In this document: positions 1 through 12,598 of the stretch, piece after piece | How the letters are laid out: each line of letters starts with the position of its first letter | How positions within the stretch are numbered: the stretch's first letter is position 1 | Assembly (NCBI GenBank): GCA_038087875.1 | Contig: CM075988.1 | Coordinates: 5,146,001-5,210,000, forward strand | Origin: Malacoraja senta | Lineage: Eukaryota | Direction: 5' to 3' | DNA length: 64,000 bases | Program-made: the position numbers and the translations under genes | The notes under the pieces: model-generated | Database searches by the model: none | Told to the model about the DNA's origin: nothing | What the model saw: only the letters and a program-made list of their open reading frames with translations

Positions 1-100
1 CCAAGTGCGGCCTTACCAAATATCAAGTCAACTGTAGCATAATGGCCCAATTCCTCCACTTTGTTGGCATCCCAACCACACCCATTCCCTTTTCTAATAT

Positions 101-310
101 GTAGGAAGGAACTGCAGAAGCTGGTTTAAACCGAAGATAGACATAAAATGCTGTTGTTACTCAGCGGGACAGGTAGCATCTCTGGTGAGAAAGAATGGGT
201 GACTTTTCGGGTTGAGTCTGAAGAAGGATCTCAACCCGAAACATCACCATTCCTTCTCTCTAGAGATGCTGCCTATCCAGCTGAGTTAATCCAGCATTTC
301 GTGTCATCTT
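101..310. mobile_element. Fold-back PLE mini-insertion (type A)
   Basis: Two inverted copies of the PLE 3' repeat (GACACAAAATGCTG...GAATGGGTGAC), meeting at a decayed CTGAAGAAGG..CCCGAAAC core. Confidence 0.8.
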
Positions 311-721
311 CCCCTTTCCAGCATGTACCCCAATATAAGGTGCACTGCTTTAGCCTCACAGGGCATTTCTGTCAAGCTCAATATCTCCCAATCGTGAAAC
401 TTCCACCACCTGCAAAGACAAGGCCAGAAGGAACATGGAAACACTACTGCCTGCCGTTATCCTTCGCGTCACATTCCATCCTAATACAGCTCCTAATGTG
501 AAGGATAAATTTAATATGCCTTACCTATATGCTCGATTAAAACCTAAGCATTGAAATATTACTGCTTGACCTATGCTCTAGATTAAGAATTGAGCCATAG
601 AGACATTACACAATTAGAATTGAGGAACTAGATGCACTTGACAAGGCTTACTTAAGTTACTTCATAATGCGAGCTGCAAGCAAAGGCTAAGTTTGAACCA
701 ACTGAGCCGTACCGTTAGGCT

Positions 722-1542
722 ACAGGAGGAAGGGGCGCCACATTGAAGGCACCTTTGCCTTCAGTCTGTCCGTTTTTTCACATCTTTTTTTAATTTTAGT
801 TTGTCTAAACAGATTGTTTTGGGGATTCTTTAGTTTTTCTATGTGGGGGAAGGGGATAGGATAAGGGGGAAACCATTTCCCGGGACTGCGACTATTTCTC
901 CGTGTCGTGTCCTTGCCCCCCCTCCTCGCGGTCTACCACTGGATCCTACCAGAGCTTCGGCAGCGGCGGCGTGGCGCTGGATTCACCGTGGAGCGGGCGA
1001 TACCTACCTGGATCGTCGTCTGAAGCTCCGGAGCATTGGGCCCGCTGCTCCAACATTGCGGGGCTGTGGGTTTGCGGAGCTCCCTCGCGCGGGCGGCGCT
1101 GACCGATATCCCGGAGTCCTGGGATACTTTGCCGAGGGCTGCCAGCGTGAATCTCTGCCCGGCGCGGCCTGGGGACGTCTTGAGCTGCGGACTTCGGTGG
1201 GAAGCGGCCGATTTGGAGGTCCAGCCGCTGAGGTTGGCCTCCCGTTCCGACGTCGGAGTTCCAACATCCCGGTGAGCGGGCCTGAGCGGCGGGCTGCCCG
1301 TAGCGGCGACTGTGGAGGGCTCCGGAGGCCCCGACCACGGGTGAACATCAGAGGAAGATGACTGACTTTGGAGCCTTCCCTTACAGTGGGAAACCTTTGA
1401 TTCTGCTGTGTGGGGATGTTTTATGTTGAACTCTATCGTGTGTTGTGTTCTTTATTTTAATGTATGGCTGTATGGTGATCACATTTCACTGTGCCAACTG
1501 GCACATGTTACAAATAAATGTATCTTGTATCGTGTATCTTGT
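722..1542 (+). mobile_element. CpG-rich non-coding retroposon with LINE-type 3' tail
   Basis: T-rich head, GC-rich body, tail TTTCACTGTGCCAACTGGCACATGTTACAAATAAA plus TGTATCT repeats; shares sequence blocks with 2172-3180. Confidence 0.65.
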
Positions 1543-2171
1543 AAGCATCTGTATAGTTACAATGTTAATATGGGAATTAACTGGAGAAAGGAGAAGTGCA
1601 GAAAGTGAACTTGTCTAGAAAATCGGGTAGTTAGTGCAACGTGTCTAAATATTGGGGTCGTCAGTGCTGAGTATGTGGAAAGTTGTGGCTAAGCAGTAAC
1701 TGACCTAATGGCCATCTGGCATCTGTTATTGTAATATACGATTAGCCTTACTCTTGACTGTTTGTATGATGCAATCAAACTCGTCGGCACCCTAAATTAC
1801 TTCTCGTTTTTTGTAGGTATAAAAATGCAGCTCGCCCTCTCCATCATTGAGTGGGTCTTAGAGCGACAAGCACTATGTAACCATACTGACTGTGTCTCCC
1901 CTACTCCCGGTTTCCGTAATAAAGAGTGATTTGTTTGACTGAAATTGTTTGATGTACTCTGTTGTCTTCTAACGAAACTTTTACACTTCAACTTTGCCAT
2001 GTCTAGTTCCTGAAACTCCTCCCATAGCACTGTGGAACTATCTTCACCTGGAAACCTAAGCTAGACACAAAAGCTGGAGTAACTCAGCGGGTCAGACAGC
2101 ATCTCTGGAGAAAAGAAATAGGTGACGTTTCAGGTCGAGACTTCAGACTGAGAGTCAGGGGAAATGGAAAA

Positions 2172-3180
2172 AATAATAATAATAATAATAGATTTTATTT
2201 AAGGGCGCCTATACAAAAGTCTCAAGGACACCTTACAAAATTTAACAAAGAAACATTAATCAGAGTAAAATAAGTTATAAAGACATCACAATACACAAAT
2301 TAAAGACAGAAATTCGATCCAAAAAAGACAACAACAAAATTCAGAAACACAATGTGAAGGGAGAGCAGCGGTAGCCAAACCGCGCCAGCGTACACTCTCC
2401 CTTCTGACCGCCATCTTGGACATAGACTAACATAGACACTACACACTACACACAAAATCATCCCCCCACAATGGTTACCACTGTGGGGGAAGGCACAATG
2501 TCCAGTCCCCAACCCAGTTCTCCCCAAAGTCAGGCCTATTGAGGCCTCCACAGTTGCCTCTATGGAGGCCCGATGTTCCTGGCCGTTCTCGCCGGGTGCA
2601 GTTGCCCCGGCGTCGGGAGAGTCCTCGCAGCGGCTGGGTCAGCTGGAATGGCCGGTTTCCTACCGGAGTCCGTGGCACCTGAAGCCGACAAGGCCGCGCC
2701 GATTTGGAGCTCCGAGGCTCCCGATGTTAAAGTCGGCGCCGCCGCCCGCGGCTGGCCGCTCTGCAGTCCCGCAGCCCGGAGGTGTTGAGCTCGGCAGTCA
2801 CCGCTTACCGGAGCTCCAGCGCGTCGATCCAGCGCGACGACCCAGGCAAGGCATCGCCCCGCTCCGCTCCGCGATAGCGCTCCAGCGCTGTGCCGCCACC
2901 GAAGCTGAAAGTGCTGGGCAGTCCCCGCCCGGAAACGCCACTCCACGCGCTACACGCCCGCTGGTAGGCCGCAAGGACGGGTCGACGGGGCAGCCCGGAG
3001 AAAAAGCTGCCTCACCGACCAGGTAGGGACCTAGAAATAGTTTCCCCCTTACCCCCCCACATTAAAAGTCAAAATTCCCCAACAGACAAAGACATAAAAA
3101 AACTAAAAACTAAGAAAAAAAAGTGAATTTAACGGACGGCTGCTGGTTAGCAGCCGTTCCCCAAGATGGCTCCTCCTCCT
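2172..3180 (-). mobile_element. CpG-rich non-coding retroposon with L2-like (TTA)n tail, inserted in a PLE remnant
   Basis: Minus strand ends TGTAAGGTGTCCTTGAG..GGCGCCCTTAAATAAAATCTATTATTATTATT; head homologous to 722-1542; flanks 2058-2170 and 3190-3430 are halves of a PLE 3' region. Confidence 0.65.
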
Positions 3181-4573
3181 CATCCACCTATATGAGTGAT
3201 ATAGACGGTGATGTACAGAGATATAGAACAAGCAAATGAACGATAAGCAAAAAAGTAAAGATGATAAGGGATACAGGCCATCGTAAGCTATGGGCCAGGT
3301 GAAAATGAGTTTCAGACAATGAGACTCAACAAGACAACTTTGAAACTAGTACAACAACTTGGGTGGGGAAGGGACGGAGAGAAGCGGATGCAAGTGTTAC
3401 TTGAAGTTAGAGAAATCAATATTCTTGTATCACTATGCTTGTCATGCATACCTGGCCTCCAGTGCTATCTCTGTGGAGTTTGCATGCTCTCTGTGACCGC
3501 ACGGGTTTTGTTCAGGTGCTCCGGTTTCCTCCCAAACGCATGCACGTGGGTCAGGTTGACCAGCCAGAGAAAACTGTCCCTAGTAAGTGGGTTAGCAGCA
3601 GAATCCAGGGAGATCCTGTTGCATTTCAAGAGGTCACCTGACCACCACCCTTCTCAAAGACAATTCGGAATAAATGCTGGCCATCTGCAGATCATATCTC
3701 CAATAATGGGGATCATGACAGAAGCCTCCTCCTGGCGATCCCTGGAAGCGATGGCACGATGCATTCTGCGACGCGTCGGGCAACAATTCTGGCAACATGT
3801 TGGACGATGGCAGAAGCCAACAGCGAACTACATCGCCTGACACACGAGCGAACAAACGAACGATCTCCAATAATCAGGGGAGGGATCACTCTCCATTAGT
3901 CTCACCAATGCTTCTGCTATTTTGCTCTCACAAGATTCCACCTCATTTCTCTCCCTTACTGTCCTATCTTATACCTTCTCCAACCTCTCACCCTCAGTTT
4001 CCTGCTCTCTCACTTTCACCACCTCATCGCCCCTTTCTCTCCCAAGTACAAATACTCTGTTACTTTTCTTGACCTCTCTCCTCTACTTGGTGATCACCCG
4101 TCTGAACAGCACCATGGAGATGAGCTCATTTCAATTTAAAAGCATTTCACCATAGCAGAGATGTTGCCAAATGTTGTTATCAATGAACGTGGGTACCAAC
4201 CATATAAACAGCATGATCCTCCATCTCGCCTCCAGTAACGTATGTGGTCACCCATTCATCTCCTGCTGTAGAAATTAACTCCTGTGCAAATGAACTGTCA
4301 GTACAAAGTCAGAATCCAATTCCCTGAATTTATTACTTTAATTGTGCGTAGTTTGCTGTCAGTATATTTTACTCTGGTGGTTTTGCTCAGTACACAATGT
4401 TAGTCTGGATATATGGGGAAGGGATAACTGGCCGGTAGACATCAGTGCAGTAGTTCCTGGCCTCCACTGTCTATAGATTTCCACTTATATTTACCTGGTA
4501 GGAGAGAGAACATGAACAAAGAGGCGGATCTCCCAACGAGGTTATCGCATTGTACTTTGTATGTGCAAAAGCA

Positions 4574-4912
4574 GCACGGTGGCACAGTGGTACAGTTGAT
4601 GCATTACAGTGCTTACAGCACCAGGGACCCGTGTTTGATCCCGACTATGGGTGCTGTCTGTAGAGAGCTTGTATATTCTCCCATGACTGCGTGGGTTTTC
4701 TCCGAGAACTTCAGTTTCCTCCCACACTCCAAAGACGTACAGGTTTGTAGGTTAATTGCTTGGTATAAATATAAATTGTCCCTAGTGTGTTTTAGGGTAG
4801 TGTTACTGTGCGGGGATTGTTGGTTGGTGTCAGTGGGCCAAATGGCCTGTGTTTCCACACTGTATCTCTAACTAAACTAAACTAAACTAAACTATACTAA
4901 ACTAAACTAAAC
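4574..4912 (+). mobile_element. HE1/V-SINE-type tRNA-derived SINE
   Basis: GGCACAGTGG A-box-like head, GTTTGATCCC B-box-like motif, central GGGTTTTCTCC..TTCCTCCCACACTCCAAAGAC core, CR1-like tail with (CTAAA)n. Confidence 0.88.
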
Positions 4913-6157
4913 TATTGCCCACTGTCTTTATCTGCCAACTCCACCCTCCTGGCTCCTTTAAGAAACATAGAAACATAGAAAATAGGTGCAGGAGTAGGCT
5001 ATTCGGCCCTTCGAGCCAGCACCACCATTCAATATGATCATGGCTGATCATCCAAATCATTACCCCACTCCCACTTTTTTCCATTGATCCCTTGATTCCA
5101 TTAGCGCTAAGAGCTAAATATTTTGTCAACCATCCCACACCTCACCGCGGTCCTCTAGTCATCTACCAGCCCCTGTCTCACCCCTTCCCTCTATATTGGT
5201 TATCTCCCGTTTCCACACTGTACAAACAGCACCCATGGTCAGGAAGAGGACCCAGTTCTCTGAGGCTGTAAGGCAGCAACTCGACTGCTGTGCCGCCGTG
5301 CCGCTTTTATAAATTGTTCCTGATGTGTAGGGTGTGGGGGAGAAAGTGTAATAACGGTAAACTAATGTGAACGGGTGATCGATGGTCGGCCTGGATACGA
5401 TGGGCCGAAGGGCCTGTTTCCTTGCTGTACCTATCAAAACAAAAAATAAATGAATGCGTGTCTGCCTTTTTTCCACTATGGTACACCAGGCTCTTCTTTA
5501 AAAAAAATCCAAATAAATAAGGTCTGAGTTTGCAGTTGTTTATACAGCTTCACATCTTGTCAGTGTGGATTGCTGAGAGTCTTGGCCTGGTTTCAATAAG
5601 AACGGTTTTCAGTCGAATGACAGCATTAGTGTCCAGCAGACAAACAAGTCCTCGGGGATGAAAAGCCAAACTGAGCGCTGTACCATGCATGCCACCTACT
5701 GGGAACGTGCTGCCAGGATTATTTTAATGAGAGGATTTGCAGGGAAAACGTATCGTTCATAACCCCAGGACATATTACAGAACATTAAAGACAATTAATT
5801 ACGACAGAAGAGGTGCCACTTGTAATGTAAGAAACTTCAGTTAATTTCATCCCATAAACAGCAGTATGATGTTGGACAGATGTTCAGTTTGGGTGGTGTT
5901 TGCGGGCAATTCTTTGTTCAAGATGATGGAGAGAACTCCCACACTCTCTGTAAAATGGCATGAAGCCAGTTACAGCAAGCGGATTGTAAAAGCACAGTCT
6001 CAACTTAACCTCATGCAGCTGATGGTCTGTACTCAAGACTATGGACAGTTCTGTGGATGGATATTCTTCTAATTCAGACACAGCCATGCTATTAATTGAG
6101 CCATAGAAGATACCTATATTAACAGCGGCACTGAAACCCTGTTTGATTTCTGACCTG

Positions 6158-7047
6158 GAGACTGCAAGGTGACTTGGATAGGCTGGGTGAGTGGGCAAAT
6201 GTTTGGCAGATGCAGTATAATGTGGATAAATGTGAGGTTATCCACTTTGGTAGCAAAAACGGGAAGGCAGACTATTATCTAAATGGTGGCCGATTAGGAA
6301 ATGGGGAGATGCAGCGAGACCTGGGTGTCATGGTACACCAGTCATTGAAAGTAGGCATGCAGGTGCAGCAGGCAGTGAAGAAAGCGAATGGTATGTTGGC
6401 CTTCATAGCAAGAGGATTTGAGTATAGGAGCAGCGAGGTTCTACTGCAGTTGTACAGGGTCTTGGTGAGACCACACCTGGAGTATTGCGTACAGTTTTGG
6501 TCTCCAAATCTGAGGAAGGACATTATAGCCATAGAGGGAGTGCAGAGATGGTTCACCAGACTGATTCCTGGGATGTCAGGACTTTCATATGAAGAAAGAC
6601 TGGATAGACTTGGCTTATACTCGCTAGAATTTAGGAGATTGAGAGGGGATCTTATAGAAACGTACAAGATTCTTATGGGGATGGACAGGCTAGATGCAGG
6701 AAGATTGTTCCCGATGTTGGGGAAGTCCAGGACAAGGGGTCACAGCTTAAGGATAAGGGGGAAATCCTTTAAGACCGAGATGAGGAAAAACTTTTTCACA
6801 CAGAGAGTGGTGAATCTCTGGAACTCTCTGCCACAGAGGGTAGTTGAGGCCAGTTCATTGGCTATATTTAAGAGGGAATTAGATGTGGCCCTTGTGGCTA
6901 AAGGGATCAGGGGGTATGGAGAGAAGGCAGGTACGGGATACTGAGTTGGATGATCAGCCATGATCGTATTGAATGGCGGTGCAGGCTCGAAGGGCCGAAT
7001 GGCCTACTCCTGCACCTAATTTCTATGTATCTATGTATCTATGTATC
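6158..7047 (+). mobile_element. CR1/HER1 LINE, 5'-truncated, young (open frame 6174-6944 = ORF2 C-terminus)
   Basis: WQMQYNVDKCEVIHFG, RDLGV, LVRPHLEYCVQFWSP, RRLRGDLIETYKI, RTRGHSL, FFTQRVVNLWNSLP; 3' UTR ends in TATGTATC repeats. Confidence 0.95.
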
Positions 7048-7519
7048 AGGTGCTGTCTGTGTGGAGTTTGCACGTTCTCCCTGTGACCGCATGGGTTTCC
7101 TCCAGGTGCTCCACATCCCAAAGACATGCGGATTTGAAGGTTAATTGGCCCTCTGTAAATTGTCCCTAATGTGCAGGGAGTAGATGAGAAAGCGGGGTAT
7201 CGTAGAACCGGTGTGAATGGGTGATCAATATTTGGCGGGCCGAAGGGCTGGTTTCCATACTGTATCTTCAAATTTAAACTTAAATGATATGGTGTCCGAG
7301 CAGCTTCACTGTATCCATAGATATCATAGAGTTAAGGTTTCAAGGTTTCATGGTTTCAAGGTCAGTTTATTGTCACATGTACCAATCAAGGTACAGTGAA
7401 ATTCGAATTACCATACATCCATACTAAAAAAAAGCAACAAGACACACAACTACATAAACATTAACATAAACATCCACGCTACGTTCCTCTCTGCGATGCA
7501 AGGCATTAAAGTCATATTG

Positions 7520-7925
7520 CGTGGAATCAGCATCCTCGGCCCAACTTGCCCACACTGACCAACAATTCCCATCTACACTACACTAGTCCCTCTAGGCCCA
7601 TATCCCTCTAAACCTGTCCTATCCGTATACCTTTCTAAAAAGTTGTGATAATATCTGCCTCAACTACCATACACCCATCAGCCTTTGTGTAAAAAGGTTA
7701 TCACTCAGGTTCCTATTAAATCTCTCTCGCGCCCCCCCCCCCCCCCACCCCCTCCCCCCCTCACCTTAAACCTATGTCCTCTGGTTCTTGATTCCCCTGC
7801 ACTGGGAAAGAGTCTTTGTGTGTTTACCCAATCTATTCCTCTCATGATTTTGTACACTTCTATAAGATCACCCCTGATCCTTCTGCGCTTCAAGGAATAA
7901 AGCTCCTGCCTGCTCAACCTCCCCC
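7520..7925 (-). mobile_element. CR1/HER1 3' fragment
   Basis: RRIRGDLIEVYKIMRG..RTRGHRFKV. Confidence 0.85.
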
Positions 7926-8117
7926 CTACAGCTGATGAACATCAGTATTTTATTACTCATTTCAATCACCATTTTCAAAACTATGAACATCTGTGTTAAG
8001 TGGCCTAAAATGTTAAGCTTGATGGAAGGAGAGCGATTTGGAAACCAAAAAAACTCATTAAAGGAGAATTAATTTGCAATGAAGTTCATTGGGATTGATA
8101 TCCAATCTACCTCGAAT

Positions 8118-8413
8118 ATGTTTCCACTAGTGGAAGAGCCTAGGACCAGAGGTCAGAGTCTCAGAATAAAAGGACATACCTTCAGGAAGGAGATGAGGAG
8201 GAATTTCTTGTCAGAGCGTGGTGAATCTGTGGAATTCATTGCCACAGAAGGCTGTGGAGGCCCAGTCATCGGATATTTTTTAAGGCAGATATAGATAGAT
8301 TCTTGATTAGTATGGGTGTCAGGGGTTTTGGGGAGAAGGCAGGTGAATGGGGTTAAGAGGAAAAGGTCAAGAGGGAATGGCAGAATAGACTTGATGGGAT
8401 GAATAACCTAATT
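8118..8413 (+). mobile_element. CR1/HER1 3' fragment split by DIRS copy 1 (resumes 12829-12850)
   Basis: MFPLVEEPRTRGQSL motif; 3' UTR matches the sibling copy at 15490-15862. Confidence 0.85.
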
Positions 8414-9649
8414 TTACTTCGGAGTCACGTGAGTGACTATGTGAAGAAGACCCGTCAGGGTGCATGCGCGTCATTACGTCTGACGCATTGTCGAACGGCA
8501 GCAGGAGGACGGAGCTCCTGCTGCAGGTGAGTAATTACAGCTCCACCAAAGTCGGGGAGACTTTGGAGGAGATAGAAAAAAGTAAAAATTTGTTTCTGTA
8601 TGTTTTACCCCACACATTATAGGAACAAGTAAAAAATTATCAAGGTGCAGGTCTGCTACCAACAAGGAGAGAGAGAGCTGTGGGACGCAGTCTCTGAAAG
8701 GCAGCCTGTCACCTCGGGGGAGTCGCATGCTGGTAGCGGTGCGGCGACAGACTTGGCAAAGTGCCCAGCCGGGTACACAGCCAACGCCAGTCGGGCGGTA
8801 GGCATAAGCCAAGTCTGTCAGGGCTATAAACTCTGCAGAGTCGGGCCACGAGAGTCCCGTCGGGGACAGGATACCGTTCCCCAGCGGTTATCCAAAAGGA
8901 GCAGCTCATACAGGGGCTGCTCCACAGAGACGCTCCAGGAGGAGTTGTGTGGGCGGGAAGCCATAGGGAAGGCTCTGCTGGCAGTGCCTAGGAGAGGCCT
9001 GCTTCATAAAGCCATACTCCAGGAGGAGTAGTGCAGGCGGGAGGCCGTCGGGAAGGCTCCGCCGGCAGTGCCTGGTAGAGGCCTGCTTGAAAGCACCCTC
9101 TTTGCAAGAGGTGAGTGCAGAAGGGCAGATACCCTCTGACCCTGAGTCCGACGACGACTTCCAAAGGGAGGGCAGGCAGCTGCCAGAGCTGACACCGTGT
9201 GCAGCACGGTTTGCCATGTCGTCGGGCGCTGGTGAGCCTCTGGGTGAGGAACTTGCCACCAGCATAAAATATGCTTCACTCTGCCAGCCTGGCACAGTGC
9301 AACCGGCACAACTGTTTGGCGAGGATTTCGCAAAGCAGGTGAAGGAGCTGGAGGAGGAGGCCAAGACGGTGGGCTTGATTAAGCAGCCAGCAGCCACATA
9401 TCCACCAAAGAGTATCCCTATAAGCGAGGAGACTGGTCCGGGCAAGGGACGAGTCCAGCTACGATGCAGCGCAGTTGGCGTTCGGCTGTAGCAGCGCCAG
9501 GGAAGGTGAGATATCCAGCTCGAGGCCGGGGAAGAATGCCAGGGGGTAAGGAGGTAAGTGGGTCTGGTTCTCATGTAGACAGATCTAATGTGATACCTCA
9601 GATATGTTTATATTGAAGGTTATAGAAGGATATCGAATAAAGCTTAATG

Positions 9650-11300
9650 CAAATTCTGATTTACCCATACAACATGTTCCAAAAAGCAGTTTGACTTCAG
9701 TATCACTGAACAATTGGAAGGTCAGTTGGAACTTGCAAGGTTATGTAATAAAGGTGTAATTGCTAAGGCAGTTTACCAAAGCCATCAGTTTGTGTCCAAT
9801 ATCTTTCCCAGACCAAGCAAGGATGGGGGATGCAGAATTATACTGGACCTGAATAGTCTTAACCCTTTTGTAGGGTATAGACATTTTAAGATGGAAATGT
9901 TTGTGAAGGAGATCTTAAAGAAACGGAGTCAGTGTCTGTTCATTTGCAGGATAGAAGATTTAAAATTCATCTGGATGGGGCAATTATTGCAATACAATGC
10001 ATTGCCTAATAGTTTGTCTTCAGCTCCTAGAGGGATTACAAAGTGGTTAAAACCTATTCTAGGCATGATGAGAAGTCGAGGGCATGTGCTCATGGCTTAT
10101 TTAGATAATATCTTGATTGTAGGACAATCAAAGGAAACAGCTGAAGCATCAGTGGCAGTTGGGAAAAAACCATTTTAAATTGGGTTTCATAAACTATCCA
10201 GAGAAATCTAAATTTATACCTGTGACACAAATTGACTAGTTGGGTTCACAATAGACTTAATCAACATGATTGTGATCTTGCCCAGGCAAAAAAGGGTAGA
10301 GCTAATTAAGAGCTGTATCAAGTTAATTGCTGACACACAGCCTTCAATTAGCCAGGTGACAAGTCTGCTGTGGTAATGGCTGGCAGCATTTCCAGCAGTT
10401 CAATATGGCCACTTTATTATCTACAATTACAAAGTTCAAAGGAACAAGCATTGACGATACATTGGGGTCATTATAATAGACCTATGCTTCTATCAATAGA
10501 GGCTGTTGCTGATGTACAATGGTGGATTCAGCATGTGTCCACTAGTAGTTCCAAAGTGTTATTGGACCAAGCTTCCATGATTTGCAGACAGATGTCAGAG
10601 CACTTGGGTAGGGTGCTACTGATACAAGATGCAGCGGTGGAGACAGATGAACATTGCTTCTGCAAACATGGGGATAACCAAGAGTATTTTATGGACTCAA
10701 GGCTTATGGCACAAACTAAACTACTTTGCATGTGCAGTGCAAAATAGACAACACTACAGCAGTTGCTGATATGAATCACATGGGTGGAATAAAATCATTC
10801 TCATGTGACAGGTTGGCAAATACAATTGGACCTGGAGTAGGGATAGAGAGATTTGGATTGGAGCTATCTATCTGCCAGGTAAACTTAATGTAGTACCAGA
10901 TGGCAGGTCACGAAAATTACGTGATAATACAGAGTGGATGTTGAACCAGGATGTGTTCAAGAACATAGTACTTCTATATCGAAGGCCAAAATATGTTTCA
11001 TGGGAACCAGATTCAGGGGCAGTGGCAATTGATGCTTTTTCACTAAATTGGGATGATATGTTTGTGTACATTTTCCCACCATTCTGCCTCATGGTGTTTG
11101 AGAAAATCAAGCAGGGTGCCGCTTCAGAGGTTTTGGTGATACCAAATTGCCCGATTCAACCATGGTTCCTTTTCAGGTTACAGATAGCGATCTAACCTCC
11201 TTTTGATGATTCCAAACAGTAGGAATTTGCTGGAGCATCCAGGAACGCGTTAAGTTCATCTGTTATGTGATCGTATTGATCTGTTAATTTGCAGGTTTGT
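9650..11300 (+). pseudogene. DIRS pol remnant (reverse transcriptase, RNase H, methyltransferase-like domain), frameshifted
   Basis: ORF 9714-10178 has FVSNIFPRPSKDGGCRIILDL, HFKME, LPNSLSSAPR and AYLDNILI (decayed YLDD). ORF 10938-11195 has WEPDSGAVAIDAFSLNW..YIFPPF..PWF, the DIRS MT domain. Many stops and frameshifts. Confidence 0.88.
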
Positions 11301-12278
11301 GAGAATGCCTTACATTGGTCGAGGACTTTCTAGGCCAACGGTGGATATACTCACTGCAGCCTGGAGAAAGAGTACTCAAAAACAGTATATGACTTATGTA
11401 AAAAAAAAATTTTTAAAATGGGGACAATAATGTGTTCAAAAGAATATGCAATATGATATTGTAGTTATTGAAAATGTGTTAGAGTTTTATCTACACTTTA
11501 TTATGATGAGGGTCATAGCTATAGTGCTATCAATACAGCTAGAAGTGCTTTGTCGGCATATCTTGTAATAGGTACACGGACACAAAGTATAGGACCTCAC
11601 CCTCTCATATCTAGGTTGATGAAAGGAATCTTTAATTCCAAAACGCCTAAGCCTAGGTATATGGTATTCTACGATGTAAGCATTGTTCTTAACATGCTTC
11701 GTCATTGGGTCCCTGTCACGTCTATAACTTTGCTGAATTGGCTATGCTAATGGCATTGGTGTCAGTACAGAGAGTGCAGACTTTGCAAAAACTTCAGTTC
11801 GGGAGAATAGAAGTGACTACAGAGAATGTTCTGTTTTATATTTCTGACCTGCTCAAACAAAGCAGGCCAGGTGTGACAGGATTTAAGATTGTGTTCTCAG
11901 CATATCCTACAGCTCCATGTTTATGTGTAAGGACACATTTGTTACACTACATTGAAGCCACAAGGGCTTTAAGACAAGAAGAAACAGGATTATTTGTCAG
12001 TTACAAGAAGCCAACATAAAAGAGTGGCAGTTCAGACTATCTCAAGGTGGTTAAAGCAAGAGTTGGTTCAGGCAGGAATTAATATTTATGTGTTTACATC
12101 TCATTCCACTAGTGCAGTAGCAACATCCGCGGTCAGGGCGATGGACGTTCCCATCGACCATATATTAAAAGCCGCAGGTTGGAAAAATGAACTTGTGTTT
12201 CAGCATTACTACCATCGGCCGATTGCCGATGGAGGGCTGATTGCCACCTCAATATTGAGTGCTGTTGCTATTGTTTAA
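11300..12278 (+). pseudogene. DIRS tyrosine recombinase remnant
   Basis: Fragments HPLISRLMKGIFN..P.PRY, QRVQTL, LLKQSRPG, TISRWLK, SHSTSAVATS (HSTR motif with R lost), AAGW and FQHYYHRP across ORFs 11550-11750, 11705-12019 and 11994-12278. Confidence 0.9.
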
Positions 12279-12487
12279 AGTCTGTTTTCAATACTGTTTC
12301 ATTCTGTTTCGTTTGTTGCCCTTACATTAGAGGGTTTATTGGTTGTTTTATGACCAAAAATAAACTGTTTTGGTTTTGCATGATATGCAATGTCATGTTT
12401 ACAGCATTATTGATGATACTCAGAGTCAATCGATGCAGTGAGAAGCGGGATTTTGATCTGCGCATAAAAATCACAGAGCTTTAAAAT

Positions 12488-12598
12488 CTTCACGTAGTCA
12501 CTCACGTGACTCTGAAGTAAAATAATAAGATTAAACGAGAACTTACCAGTTTGAAGTTTGATCTTTATTTTATGAGGAGTTACGTTGGTGATTACGTG
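12488..12598 (+). repeat. DIRS internal complementary region (ICR) of copy 1
   Basis: 12488-12523 is the reverse complement of the left end (8411-8446). 12521-12598 is the reverse complement of the right end (12751-12828). The two halves overlap at AAT. Confidence 0.93.

Noticed and set aside
843..3026. Overlapping 110-170-aa ORFs suggesting a gene at a CpG island
   Set aside because: ORFs are open on both strands because of high GC. No recognisable domain, and both regions are bounded by retroposon tails.
3319..3840. 173-aa ORF
   Set aside because: It runs across PLE and SINE remnants. The CpG-rich end (3710-3870) could not be assigned to any family or gene.
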